In this document: one piece after another, positions 17,139 through 26,853 of the stretch | Layout: each line of letters begins with the position of its first letter | Position numbering within the stretch: the first letter of the stretch is position 1 | Origin: an uncultured delta proteobacterium | GTDB lineage: Bacteria > Desulfobacterota > Syntrophobacteria > BM002 | NCBI GenBank assembly: GCA_963712115.1 | Contig: CAVQGX010000059.1 | Location: forward strand, 1 to 28,383 | Length of the DNA: 28,383 nt | Direction of reading: 5' to 3' | Made by a program: the position numbers and the translations under genes | Notes under the pieces: model-generated | What the model saw: only the letters and a program-made list of their open reading frames with translations | Told to the model about the DNA's origin: nothing | The model's database searches: none

Positions 17139-18731
17139 TTAGCTGTTCAACACTTCCATGGCTTCCTCAAGGTAGCACTCGGTGAGGAAAGGTATACCCG
17201 TGACCTTGGCGCACTCCTCGGTAAGCGACATGAGTTCTCTTCGGGTGATGGCTGGCAGTGAGAAGCACCGGGCACCAGCCAGAAGTTGTTGGAGACCCAC
17301 CCTGAGCCTGTCAGCGTAGCTGAAAATACCCACGGCCCCAAGGGGGATGTTCTTCATCTCATCCTTGCCCACGATATCAGCAACCTGCTCCCAGCATACG
17401 AAAATCTCCGCCGGGGTACTCCCAAATTCACTCACCGTCTTGGGAAGATCGCCTTTCTCAATCCATTTGGTGATGTTCTTGCCCACCATGCCGGGAATCA
17501 TCAAGGCCCGGCCCATACAAACCGCTTTCGCAAATGGCGCGCCCAGCGCCAGGGCCTTGAATATACCGTCTTCACTGGAAAATCCTCCTGCGAAAGCCAG
17601 GTCAGGAACCCTCTCGCCCTTGTCAGCCAAAATCTTGCTGAACTTGTAAGCCATGGAGTGAATGTAGAGACTGGGGATGCCCCACTCTTCCATCATTCGC
17701 CAGGGAGACATGCCCGTGCCGCCGGGTGCCCCATCAATGGTAAGCAGGTCTATTTTCGCTCTGGATCCCCACTTGATGGCCATTGCCAATTCCCGCAAAG
17801 GGTAAGCGCCTGTCTTGAGGGTGATGCGCTTAAATCCGAGTTTCCTGAGGCGATCGACCTCGGCGTAGAAATCTTCCTCGCCGATGAACCCCAGTCTACT
17901 ATGACGCTCGAATTCCTTGATGGCGCCACTAGCGAACGCTTTCTGGTGCGTAGGTGAGGAGGGGTCCGGAGTTACAATGTAGCCACGCCTCTGGAGTTCC
18001 TGAGCCCTTTCCAGGCTGTCAACTTTAATCTCGCCACCGATGCACTTGGCCCCTTGACCCCACTTGAGCTCTATGTTGTCCAGGCCGTGCTTGTCAATGA
18101 TGTACTCGGCGACACCGAGCCTGGTATCCTCAACATTCATCTGCACCAGCATTTCGCCGTAGCCTTGATGGTAGCGACGATACTGCTCAATACGCCGGTC
18201 CATATCAGGTGCATTTTTTATCTTGCCGTTCTTGTTAAGCTCCAGTGCCGGGTCGATACCGCAGACGTTCTCACCGCAGATGAGAGTGACGCCGCTAATA
18301 GCCGCGCCCACGGCGAAATGCTCCCAGTTGGCGCGGGCTATCTCTGTGGAACCCAGGGCACCGGTGAATACCGGAACCTTCATTTTAACCTTGGTGTCCC
18401 AGCCATACTCGGTTTCTGTGCTCACCGAGGGGAAAGTGGCGGTGTCCGGGTCGCCGACAACGCCTTCCGGCATGCCCCTGGCACCCATGGCGTATCCCTG
18501 GATGTTGAGATGGGAGTAATCGACGGGATAGTCCTTGTCAGCTCCCGCCGTTACCTTGCCGAAGGGACCGGGGTAGATCACCTCGCGGCCTCTAAAGGTG
18601 GATTTAAACACCTCGCAGTTCCCGCGGCAGCCGTCAGTACAGCGGGAGCAGAGGCCAGACATGGGTACCACTGATTTGGACCTGTTGAATGTTCTGGTTG
18701 CGTCATTGGCATTTGGACGTTGCAAGTTCAT
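17139..18731 (-). CDS. Stand-alone FMN-binding glutamate synthase family protein
   Basis: 530 aa; N-terminal CSRCTDGCRGNC; TGALGST, GENVCG, IELKWGQGAKCIGGE, LKTG, TIDGAPGGTGMSP, AGGFS..DGIFKALALGA, MGRA; SD AGAGGAG. Confidence 0.9.
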   Translation of the reverse strand: MNLQRPNANDATRTFNRSKSVVPMSGLCSRCTDGCRGNCEVFKSTFRGREVIYPGPFGKVTAGADKDYPVDYSHLNIQGYAMGARGMPEGVVGDPDTATFPSVSTETEYGWDTKVKMKVPVFTGALGSTEIARANWEHFAVGAAISGVTLICGENVCGIDPALELNKNGKIKNAPDMDRRIEQYRRYHQGYGEMLVQMNVEDTRLGVAEYIIDKHGLDNIELKWGQGAKCIGGEIKVDSLERAQELQRRGYIVTPDPSSPTHQKAFASGAIKEFERHSRLGFIGEEDFYAEVDRLRKLGFKRITLKTGAYPLRELAMAIKWGSRAKIDLLTIDGAPGGTGMSPWRMMEEWGIPSLYIHSMAYKFSKILADKGERVPDLAFAGGFSSEDGIFKALALGAPFAKAVCMGRALMIPGMVGKNITKWIEKGDLPKTVSEFGSTPAEIFVCWEQVADIVGKDEMKNIPLGAVGIFSYADRLRVGLQQLLAGARCFSLPAITRRELMSLTEECAKVTGIPFLTECYLEEAMEVLNS

Positions 18732-18801
18732 CTTGATACTCCTCTCTTACAGAATTTATAAAGATTTAGTCCTTACCCGAAGCACAAGACTCCTGGGCCA
18801 T

Positions 18802-18887
18802 AAATTCAAAAGGCGTCAAGCTCATGAGGATCTCCCATGGAACTGACGCCTTTGTCGAAGTTGAAAAACCGCACGCCCTTGTGCGGT
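18802..18887 (-). promoter_or_regulatory. ANTAR-target dual-hairpin RNA overlapping an intrinsic terminator (attenuator)
   Basis: Minus strand P1 ACCGCAC-AAGGGC-GTGCGGT (18887-18868) and P2 GAC-AAAGGC-GTC (18856-18845), both hexaloops with A1 and G4. P2 forms the 5' arm of the stem AAAGGCGTCA...TGACGCCTTT followed by TGAATTT. Confidence 0.88.
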
Positions 18888-18918
18888 CATTTATCTTTAC
18901 TTATTTGTGCAGCCTTAT

Positions 18919-18947
18919 TTTTTAGCTGTACTAACTGATCATGTCAA
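18919..18947 (-). promoter_or_regulatory. Putative sigma70 promoter feeding the ANTAR leader
   Basis: TTGACA-N17-TAAAAA about 30 nt upstream of P1; the -10 is imperfect. Confidence 0.45.
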
Positions 18948-19031
18948 GATATTTCTGTCGGCAAGAGTAAAAAATAGAGGCCCCAACGTTGAGCTGCCCC
19001 TTGACGCTAAGCGCAGAGCGCATAGCTTCAG

Positions 19032-19138
19032 GGGCTCAAGGCGCAGGGCCTTTTGAGTCATTAGGCTTCGCCGTCATTAGGTCATTACGCTACGCTGTCA
19101 TTTATTGTAAGAGGTAGAGGGCCAGAAGATTGCGGATT
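19032..19138 (+). repeat. 107-bp dispersed repeat, family B copy 2
   Basis: Direct repeat of 15463-15569 with the last 53 bp identical; embedded in heptamer arrays spanning ~19010-19284. Confidence 0.93.
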
Positions 19139-19284
19139 TGGGATGCATTATCGCAGAGCGCAGAGCGAGAAAGGCCTAAAGCGGGAAAGCCAGAAGACAG
19201 AGGTCAGAAGTCAGAGGTCGGAGATCAGAGGACGGAGGGCAAAGATTTTGAATTGTGGATTGCGAAATTACTACTGGATACTGG

Positions 19285-19977
19285 CTACAATTCTTCCGAT
19301 AAAAGGATAGCTTCAGCCACTTCGCGCATGGACTTGCGCGAGTCCATGCTGCGCTTTTGGATCCATCGGTGAGCCTCCTCGCCCGACATATTTCTTCGCC
19401 GCATGAGAACGTCTTTGGCCTTACCCACCAGCTTGCGGGACTCCAACTCCTCTTGAATCACCTTGGTTTTTACCATGAGTTCGGTGTTGAAAATCGCCAC
19501 CGCAGCTTGGTTGGCCACCGCGGTGAAGAGGTTATTTTCCGTCTCGGTAAATTCGTGGTCCACTGAAGTATAGCAGTTGATCACGCCAATCACTCGGTCC
19601 TTTACAGCCATGGGCACACTTAGCATGGAAACAAGTCCCATCTTTCTGGCCAGCTCTTTTTCTTTGAAACGCGGCTCTTCAAGTACGTTTCTAACCTCGT
19701 AGGGCTTGTTGTGTTGGGCCACATAACCCACTACCCCTTCGCCCAGTTTTACGGACCGTTCTTTAATGTAGTCACTGTCAATACTCTGGGTCGCCCTGAT
19801 TCTCAAGGTCTTGGCCTTTTCGTCCAAGAGCCAGAGGGAGCAAACCTCTGAATTCATCACCTTGGCAGTAACAATGACAATGAGCCTGAGTATGTCTTCG
19901 ATATACTGGTCAGAGGTGATGGCCCGGCTGATCAGAGTCAAGGCCTCGATAGTTTTTTCATATGAGCTAATATCCAT
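19285..19977 (-). CDS. GAF and ANTAR domain RNA-binding antiterminator
   Basis: GAF (CSLWLLD...GEGVVGYVA...SMLSVPM..KDRVIGVIN...VANQAAVAI), a coiled linker, and ANTAR (LESRKLVGKAKDVLM....SGEEAHRWIQKRSMDSRKSMREVAEAI). Confidence 0.95.
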   Translation of the reverse strand: MDISSYEKTIEALTLISRAITSDQYIEDILRLIVIVTAKVMNSEVCSLWLLDEKAKTLRIRATQSIDSDYIKERSVKLGEGVVGYVAQHNKPYEVRNVLEEPRFKEKELARKMGLVSMLSVPMAVKDRVIGVINCYTSVDHEFTETENNLFTAVANQAAVAIFNTELMVKTKVIQEELESRKLVGKAKDVLMRRRNMSGEEAHRWIQKRSMDSRKSMREVAEAILLSEEL

Positions 19978-19989
19978 GGCAGAGATAAA

Positions 19990-20154
19990 AGTGAGCTAAA
20001 ATGTCTAAAGTGTCTAAAATGCCTAAAATGACAGAAATTAAGCAGAACGTTTAAAGTGAACTAAAGTGTACCAAAATGTCTAAAGTGCCTAAAATTTTAT
20101 TTGACCGGATTCTCAATGCCCAATGAGAAATGCGAAATGCTTAATGAAGAATGA
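19990..20154. repeat. Nonamer (TGYCTAAAR) and heptamer (AATGNNN) arrays
   Basis: CTAAAATGTCTAAAGTGTCTAAAATGCCTAAAATG and a second similar block, then AATGCCC AATGAGA AATGCGA AATGCTT AATGAAG AATGACT. Confidence 0.8.
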
Positions 20155-20805
20155 CTAACGCACGATGTCTCCCAGGCGACTCCACCGTACCCCAAAGTTT
20201 GTGCGATCCCAGGACCAATAAATGAGGAAGGCCTTGCCCTTAAGGTAGGCATCGGGTACGAATCCCCACACCCGGCTGTCTGAGCTCTCGTCCCGGTTGT
20301 CTCCCATTACAAAGAGGTGGTGGGCTGGAACACTAACAGGTCCAAAATTACGCAAATTGCCATAGATTGAATAACTGGCATGGGGATCATCCGTAACCCT
20401 ATCATTTATAAATAACTGCTTGTTCACCAGTTCAACCTTATCCCCAGGTAAACCAACAACTCGCTTGATGTAGTCCTTTTTTGTATCAAGGGGATACTTG
20501 AAAACCACCACATCTCCCCGGTTCGGCTTCCCTAGATTGATTATGGTTTTATCAGTAAAAGGAATCTTGATGCCGTAGATGAATTTGTTTACCAGGATAT
20601 GGTCCCCCACGAGCAGGGTGGGCTTCATGGAGCCAGATGGAATCTTAAAAGCTTGCACCACGAAGGTTCGAATAAACAGGGCCAGAACAACTGCGATGGC
20701 AATGGCCTCTGCATATTCACGGAGAACACTTTTTCGTCTCGTCTTTGCCTCTGTGAGAACGTCTTCTTTCCTGGTGTCATCACCGTGGCTAACGGTCTGA
20801 CTCAT
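20155..20805 (-). CDS. lepB: Signal peptidase I
   Basis: TM helix, IPSGSMKPTL (catalytic Ser), DYIKRVVGLPGD (catalytic Lys), GDNRDESSDSRVWG. Confidence 0.97.
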   Translation of the reverse strand: MSQTVSHGDDTRKEDVLTEAKTRRKSVLREYAEAIAIAVVLALFIRTFVVQAFKIPSGSMKPTLLVGDHILVNKFIYGIKIPFTDKTIINLGKPNRGDVVVFKYPLDTKKDYIKRVVGLPGDKVELVNKQLFINDRVTDDPHASYSIYGNLRNFGPVSVPAHHLFVMGDNRDESSDSRVWGFVPDAYLKGKAFLIYWSWDRTNFGVRWSRLGDIVR

Positions 20806-20968
20806 AATCTAATATTTACCTCTCTTTTCTAAAAAAATCTTGTTGCATATGACGCATGCTGGCCTTTGTCACTACCCAACTGAATTTTAACTCAATTAGG
20901 ATCAAAGGCACCTTGCGGAGCGCCTCAAGAGTCTAGCACGATTTCATCAAATGGCAACTTATAAGTTA

Positions 20969-21189
20969 GCAGAGGGCATGGAGCATAGAGCATGGGGCAT
21001 AGGGCAGAGACTCAGAGGTCAGAGATCGGAGATCAGAGGTCAGCTAGAATGCAGGAGCCAGAATTCAGGAGAAAAGCAATTAAAATAGAGTTTTTCTCAA
21101 CTACCGGCTATTGACTACTAGGCTTTTGCCTTGAGCCTTGCGCCCTGCGCCTTTCGCCTCTCTTCAATCTACAATCTACAATCTGCAAT
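20969..21189 (+). repeat. Family A intergenic element copy 2
   Basis: Co-linear with 1403-1590; the 48-bp core differs at about 2 positions. Confidence 0.9.
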
Positions 21190-21419
21190 GTCCATGAGAT
21201 TGGCTTAGGTTTTGCATATCACAAATTCCCCAAACACCTCATCCGTCTGAGACAAGATTGAAGAAAGAAGATCACCAGTTGAATTATCTATGTTATTGTT
21301 TTTTGGACAAAATTAATAAGTTGTTCTTTTTTATAATGTTTTTATGAAGTTGAAAAGAAATAAACATTGGCTCACAAGCTATTATTGACAACTGTGCTGT
21401 GGAATTATCAGAAAAATAT

Positions 21420-21448
21420 TTGACATTTTAGTGATATATCGATAGTAT
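21420..21448 (+). promoter_or_regulatory. Putative sigma70 promoter of the pil operon
   Basis: TTGACA-N17-TAGTAT in an AT-rich region 61 nt before pilM. Confidence 0.65.
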
Positions 21449-21509
21449 GGCGCCAAACTCGCCATAGAATTCACAAGACCTGACGTCCACCAAATATCGA
21501 GAAGAGACA

Positions 21510-22565
21510 ATGTTCGGAAAAAAATCCTCCCTCTTAGGTCTTGACATTGGTTCCTACGCGGTCAAGATCGTTCATCTGCAAGAAATCAAAGGCACTTATC
21601 GACTAAGAGATATGGGGATAAGTCAGTTACCACCCAACGTTATCGTAGAAGGTGCAATCAAAGACCCTGACGCGGTCCAAACGGCAATTAAGAAACTCGT
21701 CACCAATTTGAAAACCAAGATGAAAGGCGTTGCTACTTCGATAGCTGGCTGGTCGGTGATTATCAAAAAAGTGGATCTACCACAGATGAGCGAAGATGAG
21801 CTCGCCGACAATATACAACTAGAGGCGGAACAATATATCCCCTTTAACGTGGAAGACGTCAATATTGACTTCCAGATTCTTGGTTCTTCTGCAGAAAAAG
21901 CAGATCGCATGGAAGTTATGCTGGTAGCCGCCAAGAAGGAAGTCATTGAGGATTACGTAAACCTAATAAGGAAAGCCGGATTACAGCCACAAGTTGTTGA
22001 CGTTGATTTCTTTGCTTTGGAAAATGCCTTCGAGGCCAATTATGAAGCTACCGAAAGTGGGGGGGTCGCCCTAGTAGATATTGGTGCCACCAAAATGAAC
22101 ATCAATGTCCTGAAAAATGGAGTTTCCATGTTTAACCGGGATGCCTCCATCGGCGGCTTCCAAATCACTGAGGACATCCAGCAACGCTTCGGCCTCGAAT
22201 ATGAGGAAGCTGAGAAGGTCAAGCTCGGTATGTCTTCAGAGAAAGTCCCTGTTCAGGATTTAGAAGCGATATTTGTCTCAGCCGCCACCGGCTGGTCAAC
22301 CGAGGTCAAACGCGCTATCGACTTCTTCTATGCCACTTACCCGGAAGAGACCATAGGACAAATTCTGTTAAGCGGTGGTTCCTCGCGTTTGCCCGGATTG
22401 GATGCTTTGTTCAACAAGGATACCAATATTCCTGTGGCTTATTTTAACCCTTTGGCCAAAATTGATTTCGACACTAAAGTGTTCGATCAGCAGTACCTGG
22501 ACTATATTGCTCCCCAGATAGCTGTTGCCGTGGGACTCGCCCTGCGGAGGGTAGGAGACAAATGA
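21510..22565 (+). CDS. pilM: Type IV pilus assembly protein PilM
   Basis: GLDIGS..VK, EAEQYIPF, VMLVAAKK, VDVD.FAL.N, LVDIGA, LSGG, AVGLALR. Confidence 0.97.
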   Translation: MFGKKSSLLGLDIGSYAVKIVHLQEIKGTYRLRDMGISQLPPNVIVEGAIKDPDAVQTAIKKLVTNLKTKMKGVATSIAGWSVIIKKVDLPQMSEDELADNIQLEAEQYIPFNVEDVNIDFQILGSSAEKADRMEVMLVAAKKEVIEDYVNLIRKAGLQPQVVDVDFFALENAFEANYEATESGGVALVDIGATKMNINVLKNGVSMFNRDASIGGFQITEDIQQRFGLEYEEAEKVKLGMSSEKVPVQDLEAIFVSAATGWSTEVKRAIDFFYATYPEETIGQILLSGGSSRLPGLDALFNKDTNIPVAYFNPLAKIDFDTKVFDQQYLDYIAPQIAVAVGLALRRVGDK

Positions 22566-23161
22566 TAAGAATAAACTTACTGCCCATTGGCCGACGCCCG
22601 GTTGAGGAAAAAATCCGCAAGGAGATTTCTGTCTTTTTTCTCCTGGTATTCTTCTCTCTGGTTGTGATGGCCTACTTTCATGTTGGCCACACCCGTGAGA
22701 TCAAGAGGATCACCAACGAAAAAATAAGCTTAGATAAGGATATTCGGCGCTATCAAGATAGGCAAAAACAGCTCGATGATTTGAAAAAACAGGAAAAAGT
22801 GATTAAGCAAAAGCTTGCTGTCATCGATACACTAATGAAGAATCGCGACCTCCCAGTACGAGTCCTTGACGAACTTGCAGTGAACATACCTTCAGACAAG
22901 ATGTGGATTAAGAACTTGACTCAAAAAGGAGGCATATTGACTCTGACAGGGGTGGCCAGGGGTAACGAGACCATAGCCCAGTTTATGGAAGCCTTGGCCA
23001 AGTCACCATACATTGACCCTAACGGTGTAGACCTGAAACAGTCTCGTCAGGTAAATGTTCAGGGGTATAAACTGAAAAACTTTAACTTAACCGCCAGGAT
23101 TATTGTTCCACCTGAGGTCAAGGAAGCAGAGACAGAGAAAAAGCCAGACAAGAAGACATAG
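22562..23161 (+). CDS. pilN: Type IV pilus assembly protein PilN
   Basis: MIRINLLP motif, TM helix, coiled coil, IPSDKMW; 4-nt overlap with pilM. Confidence 0.95.
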   Translation: MIRINLLPIGRRPVEEKIRKEISVFFLLVFFSLVVMAYFHVGHTREIKRITNEKISLDKDIRRYQDRQKQLDDLKKQEKVIKQKLAVIDTLMKNRDLPVRVLDELAVNIPSDKMWIKNLTQKGGILTLTGVARGNETIAQFMEALAKSPYIDPNGVDLKQSRQVNVQGYKLKNFNLTARIIVPPEVKEAETEKKPDKKT

Positions 23162-23219
23162 TCTTTCCGGGGAGACCTTATTTAATACAGTTTCCCCTTT
23201 AACTTGAGGAAGGAACCCT

Positions 23220-23885
23220 ATGGCTTTGGATGTTAAAAAAGGTCTTGGAGACGTAAAAGTACCAACTATACCATGGCACAAGCTGAGCAAGCTCAGCAGA
23301 GCGCACAAAATAATTATTTCCGTGGCAATATTGGGTACCCTTTGGGGATGTTTCGTCTGGTTTTTCTATATGCCCCAAACGGAGAAAATATCCAAGCTGA
23401 ATCAAGACCTCAAGTCTGCCCAAGACAAGCTGGCCCGTCTCAAAAATGTTGAGCAAAATCTTCGGGCTTTCAAAAAACAATTCAAAGAGACAGAACTAAA
23501 ATTCAAGGAGGCACTGAAACTCCTGCCGGACAACGAAGAGATTCCCACCCTTCTGACCAGTATTTCAAATCTTGGGGCCGAGTCCGGCCTGGAATTTATT
23601 CTGTTTCAACCACAGAAAGATGTGCCTCGAAACTTCTACGCTGAAATCCCACTAAAACTGGAAGTGACTGGCCCTTATCACAATGTTGCTACCTTCTTTG
23701 ATCAAGTGAGCAGATTAAGTCGTATCGTCAACATCGGCGACGTAACAATGACAGAGATGAAAGCCGCCAAAACACAAGCGGATGTAGTCATTCTTAAAAC
23801 CGCCTGCACCGCCACAACTTATAAATTCATTGAAGCTAAAGAAGAGCCGAAAAAGGGCAAGAAAAGGCCACGAAAGAAAAAATAG
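23220..23885 (+). CDS. pilO: Type IV pilus assembly protein PilO
   Basis: TM helix, coiled coil, LPDNEEIPTLL, SGLEF..FQP, FYAEIP, G.YH....FF..V..L.RIV. Confidence 0.95.
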   Translation: MALDVKKGLGDVKVPTIPWHKLSKLSRAHKIIISVAILGTLWGCFVWFFYMPQTEKISKLNQDLKSAQDKLARLKNVEQNLRAFKKQFKETELKFKEALKLLPDNEEIPTLLTSISNLGAESGLEFILFQPQKDVPRNFYAEIPLKLEVTGPYHNVATFFDQVSRLSRIVNIGDVTMTEMKAAKTQADVVILKTACTATTYKFIEAKEEPKKGKKRPRKKK

Positions 23886-24008
23886 ATAGCGACAATACTT
23901 GGGGAATCAAGCGGTCATGATGAGACCATCTTGATATCCGGGCTTGGAGTTGCGGGAAAACCGGGGAAAGAGCCCGCCGACAACCTTTCCCGTAGAAGGA
24001 GGACTGGA

Positions 24009-26837
24009 ATGAGGCATAGTCGAAGGTGCCCGAAACAAAGATGGATAATGTACATAGGCCTCCTGGTCTTGATTTTCTATGCTTTTGGCTGCGCTACCAA
24101 GTCTTCTGCTCCGCCAACCTCCCAGACTGCTGTTGGGGAGTCAACATCTGGTGAAACCCAACAACTCAGGGATGTTCAAGTTGTGGATCAGGATACCTCC
24201 TTGGACGTTCTTTTGGTTGGCTCAGACGCCATGACCTACACCGCCTTCAAGGCGATTGATCCCTTGCGGTTGGTGTTGGATCTGCCCAACACAGAGAGCG
24301 AAATCGTCTCCTCCCCCTTTGCCGTGGAAAACGAAATCATCGGCAAGATAGAAACCATGACCCTCACCCAGGAGCCTCAACCCCTTACTCGCGTTGAGAT
24401 CGCCCTGAACCAGGAAACTCCTTACGAAATATTTCAGGAAGAGAATCAGATCCGGGTGCAGTTTGAGAAACCCACTGCATTTGGAGAGGCCAGATCTGAG
24501 CCAGCTGCCGAGACCGAAGTGGCTACCTCCAAGACTGAGGGCGAATCAACTGTGGTAGTTGCTGCAACTCAGCCTTCAGCTAAGGTGGCGTCGGCACCGG
24601 CAAAAAAAATAACCGCAATTCAACCAATACGCTCAGACGAAGAAGTCAAAGTATACATAATTGGTGACGGTAGCATTAGCAACTACAACGTTTTTACCCT
24701 TACTGATCCAGCCAGGGTAGTGTTGGATCTGATGGGAGTAAAGTTGGTTGCTTCCAAAGGTGGAGTTCCCCCTTCCGACAAGATGCTCAAGGATATCAGG
24801 GTAGGCGAACACCCAGACAAGGTTAGGGTGGTTTTCGACTTAATTCCCGCTGCTGGCCTGCCATATCAAGTTACATCCGTAGACGACCGGCTGGTTGTTT
24901 CTTTTAAACCGGGCTCGGGCTTCTCTGCCAGCCCGCCAATAGTGGTGGCCGCGCCCGCTGTTGCGCCGCGCAAAGAAGCTGCAAGAGTCAAGAGAACCCC
25001 ACCTCCAACTGAACCAGCAAGAATTACCTCTATAGATTTTAACCTTCTGGAGACAAACAAGTCTCGTTTGATTGTTAGCGCTAACCGCCCCCTCGCGCCT
25101 GAGATTCAAATCACGGGAGCAAACTCTATCTCCATGATTTTCCCAAATACAAGGCTCCCCAAGCATCTGGAGAGACATATTGACACAGGGCAATTCTCCA
25201 GCGCTGTTAACGTGATTGATCCCCGTCCCATGAAAGGACTTCCCGGGACGGTGGAGTTTTACATAGAGATGCGTGAAATGGTCCCCTACCACATAGCGCA
25301 AGAAGACAACAAGGTCTATCTGGACTTCGATACCTCGACGATGCCGCCAACCGAGCCCATCAAGCTTGGCAAGCCAACTACGGTGGTAGATGAACGAGCC
25401 CCAGTAGCCCCCATTCCGGGCGAGGTTCAACCACCACCTGCTCCGGAAGAAATGGCTGCAGCAGCTCCTCCCCCACCAATGGAAGAGGTGGCGCTCGAAG
25501 AGGTGGCGACTGCGGATGAGCAAGCCCTGGCAGCAGGTCCACCCCCGGAAAAGGTGGTTGGGTTAGCACCGGCCGAGGCCATGCCCCCGCCGCTTGTTGT
25601 CGGAGGGAGGTACTTAGGTCAGAAGATTTCCCTTGACCTTCAAGAAGTAGACATTCGCAACGTCCTTAGGCTTCTGGCCGATGTTACCGGCAAGAACATA
25701 GTGGTGGAGCCCAATGTCAAAGGCAAAGTGACCCTTAAAGTGGACAATGTGCCCTGGGATCAGGTGCTGGAACTGATCCTCAAGATCAACGATCTGGATA
25801 CCGTCATGGAAGGGAACGTCATCCGCATTGCCACGGCAGCAAAAATAAAATCGGAATTGGATCGAAGAAGAGAAGAGGTCGAAGCCAAAAAAGAACTCAT
25901 GGCAGCGGCCAGAGATCTGGGTGAGATTACTACTGAATACCTTCAGGTCAACTACGCTGACGTGGGAGATATAAGCGCCCAGATAGAAAATATCAAGAGT
26001 GAGAAGGGAACAATATCGGTTGACAATCGAACCAATTTAATTATCTACAGCGACTTTCCCAAACGGATTCAGGTAGCCAAGCAAATCCTTGCCAGACTCG
26101 ATAGGGCAACCAAGCAAGTGATGGTTGAGTCCCGTATTGTTTCAGCCAATACCAACTTCAGCCGAAACTTAGGTATCAGCTGGAACGCCTCCTATACTGC
26201 CAACAGTTTGGCCGGTAGACTCGGAGGTTCGCCTGAGTTCGATTTCGCCGTTGCTGCACCAACTGCCGCTATTGGAACTTTTGGTCTCAATTTCACCCGG
26301 TTAGCCAACAATATCCTAGATCTGGACATGCAGCTGGATGCCTTGGAACAGGCCGGTGAGGGAAGAGTAATCTCCAGTCCGAGGATCTTTACCCTGGACC
26401 ATGTGCAAGCCATGATCCAACAGGGTGATCAGATCCCCTACCCCCAAAGGACTGAAGAGGGCACAATCAGTACTGCCTTTGCCCCGGCCACCCTCTCCTT
26501 GACCGTGACACCGCACATAACCCCTGACGGCAAGGTCCGGATGGAGGTGCTAGCTAAGAGGGACCAGGCTGACTTCAGCAGAACGGTGCAAGACGTTCCC
26601 GCCATCCGTACCCAGGAGGCCCAGACCGAACTCCTGGTAAACGACGGCGATACCATCGTCATAGGCGGTATCGTCATAAGAGATACTGAATGGTCTGAGG
26701 CTCGGGTTCCATTTTTGTGGCGAATACCAATCTTGGGTTGGCTGTTCAAAAACCGTCAGATAAGCGATGAGAAAAGCGAGCTCCTCATCTTCCTGAGTCC
26801 TACCATTGTGGAGGATCAGAAAATGACCCTGCGCTGA
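24009..26837 (+). CDS. pilQ: Type IV pilus secretin PilQ, lipoprotein with three AMIN-like domains and a Pro-rich linker
   Basis: Start moved to ATG 24009 (SD AAGGAGG). Lipobox-like AFGC; AMIN motifs PLRLVLDL and PARVVLDL; N0 YLGQKISLDLQ...VPWDQ; secretin QVMVESRIV, SSPRI, LTVTPHIT, VPFL..IPILGWLFK...ELLIFLSP. Confidence 0.96.
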   Translation: MRHSRRCPKQRWIMYIGLLVLIFYAFGCATKSSAPPTSQTAVGESTSGETQQLRDVQVVDQDTSLDVLLVGSDAMTYTAFKAIDPLRLVLDLPNTESEIVSSPFAVENEIIGKIETMTLTQEPQPLTRVEIALNQETPYEIFQEENQIRVQFEKPTAFGEARSEPAAETEVATSKTEGESTVVVAATQPSAKVASAPAKKITAIQPIRSDEEVKVYIIGDGSISNYNVFTLTDPARVVLDLMGVKLVASKGGVPPSDKMLKDIRVGEHPDKVRVVFDLIPAAGLPYQVTSVDDRLVVSFKPGSGFSASPPIVVAAPAVAPRKEAARVKRTPPPTEPARITSIDFNLLETNKSRLIVSANRPLAPEIQITGANSISMIFPNTRLPKHLERHIDTGQFSSAVNVIDPRPMKGLPGTVEFYIEMREMVPYHIAQEDNKVYLDFDTSTMPPTEPIKLGKPTTVVDERAPVAPIPGEVQPPPAPEEMAAAAPPPPMEEVALEEVATADEQALAAGPPPEKVVGLAPAEAMPPPLVVGGRYLGQKISLDLQEVDIRNVLRLLADVTGKNIVVEPNVKGKVTLKVDNVPWDQVLELILKINDLDTVMEGNVIRIATAAKIKSELDRRREEVEAKKELMAAARDLGEITTEYLQVNYADVGDISAQIENIKSEKGTISVDNRTNLIIYSDFPKRIQVAKQILARLDRATKQVMVESRIVSANTNFSRNLGISWNASYTANSLAGRLGGSPEFDFAVAAPTAAIGTFGLNFTRLANNILDLDMQLDALEQAGEGRVISSPRIFTLDHVQAMIQQGDQIPYPQRTEEGTISTAFAPATLSLTVTPHITPDGKVRMEVLAKRDQADFSRTVQDVPAIRTQEAQTELLVNDGDTIVIGGIVIRDTEWSEARVPFLWRIPILGWLFKNRQISDEKSELLIFLSPTIVEDQKMTLR

Positions 26838-26853
26838 TAATTTTAAAAGCACG

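Noticed and set aside
23931-24008. TTG start of pilQ at 23931, or a c-di-GMP riboswitch in the pilO-pilQ gap
   Set aside because: A strong SD precedes ATG 24009; the hairpin lacks the GEMM two-stem consensus.
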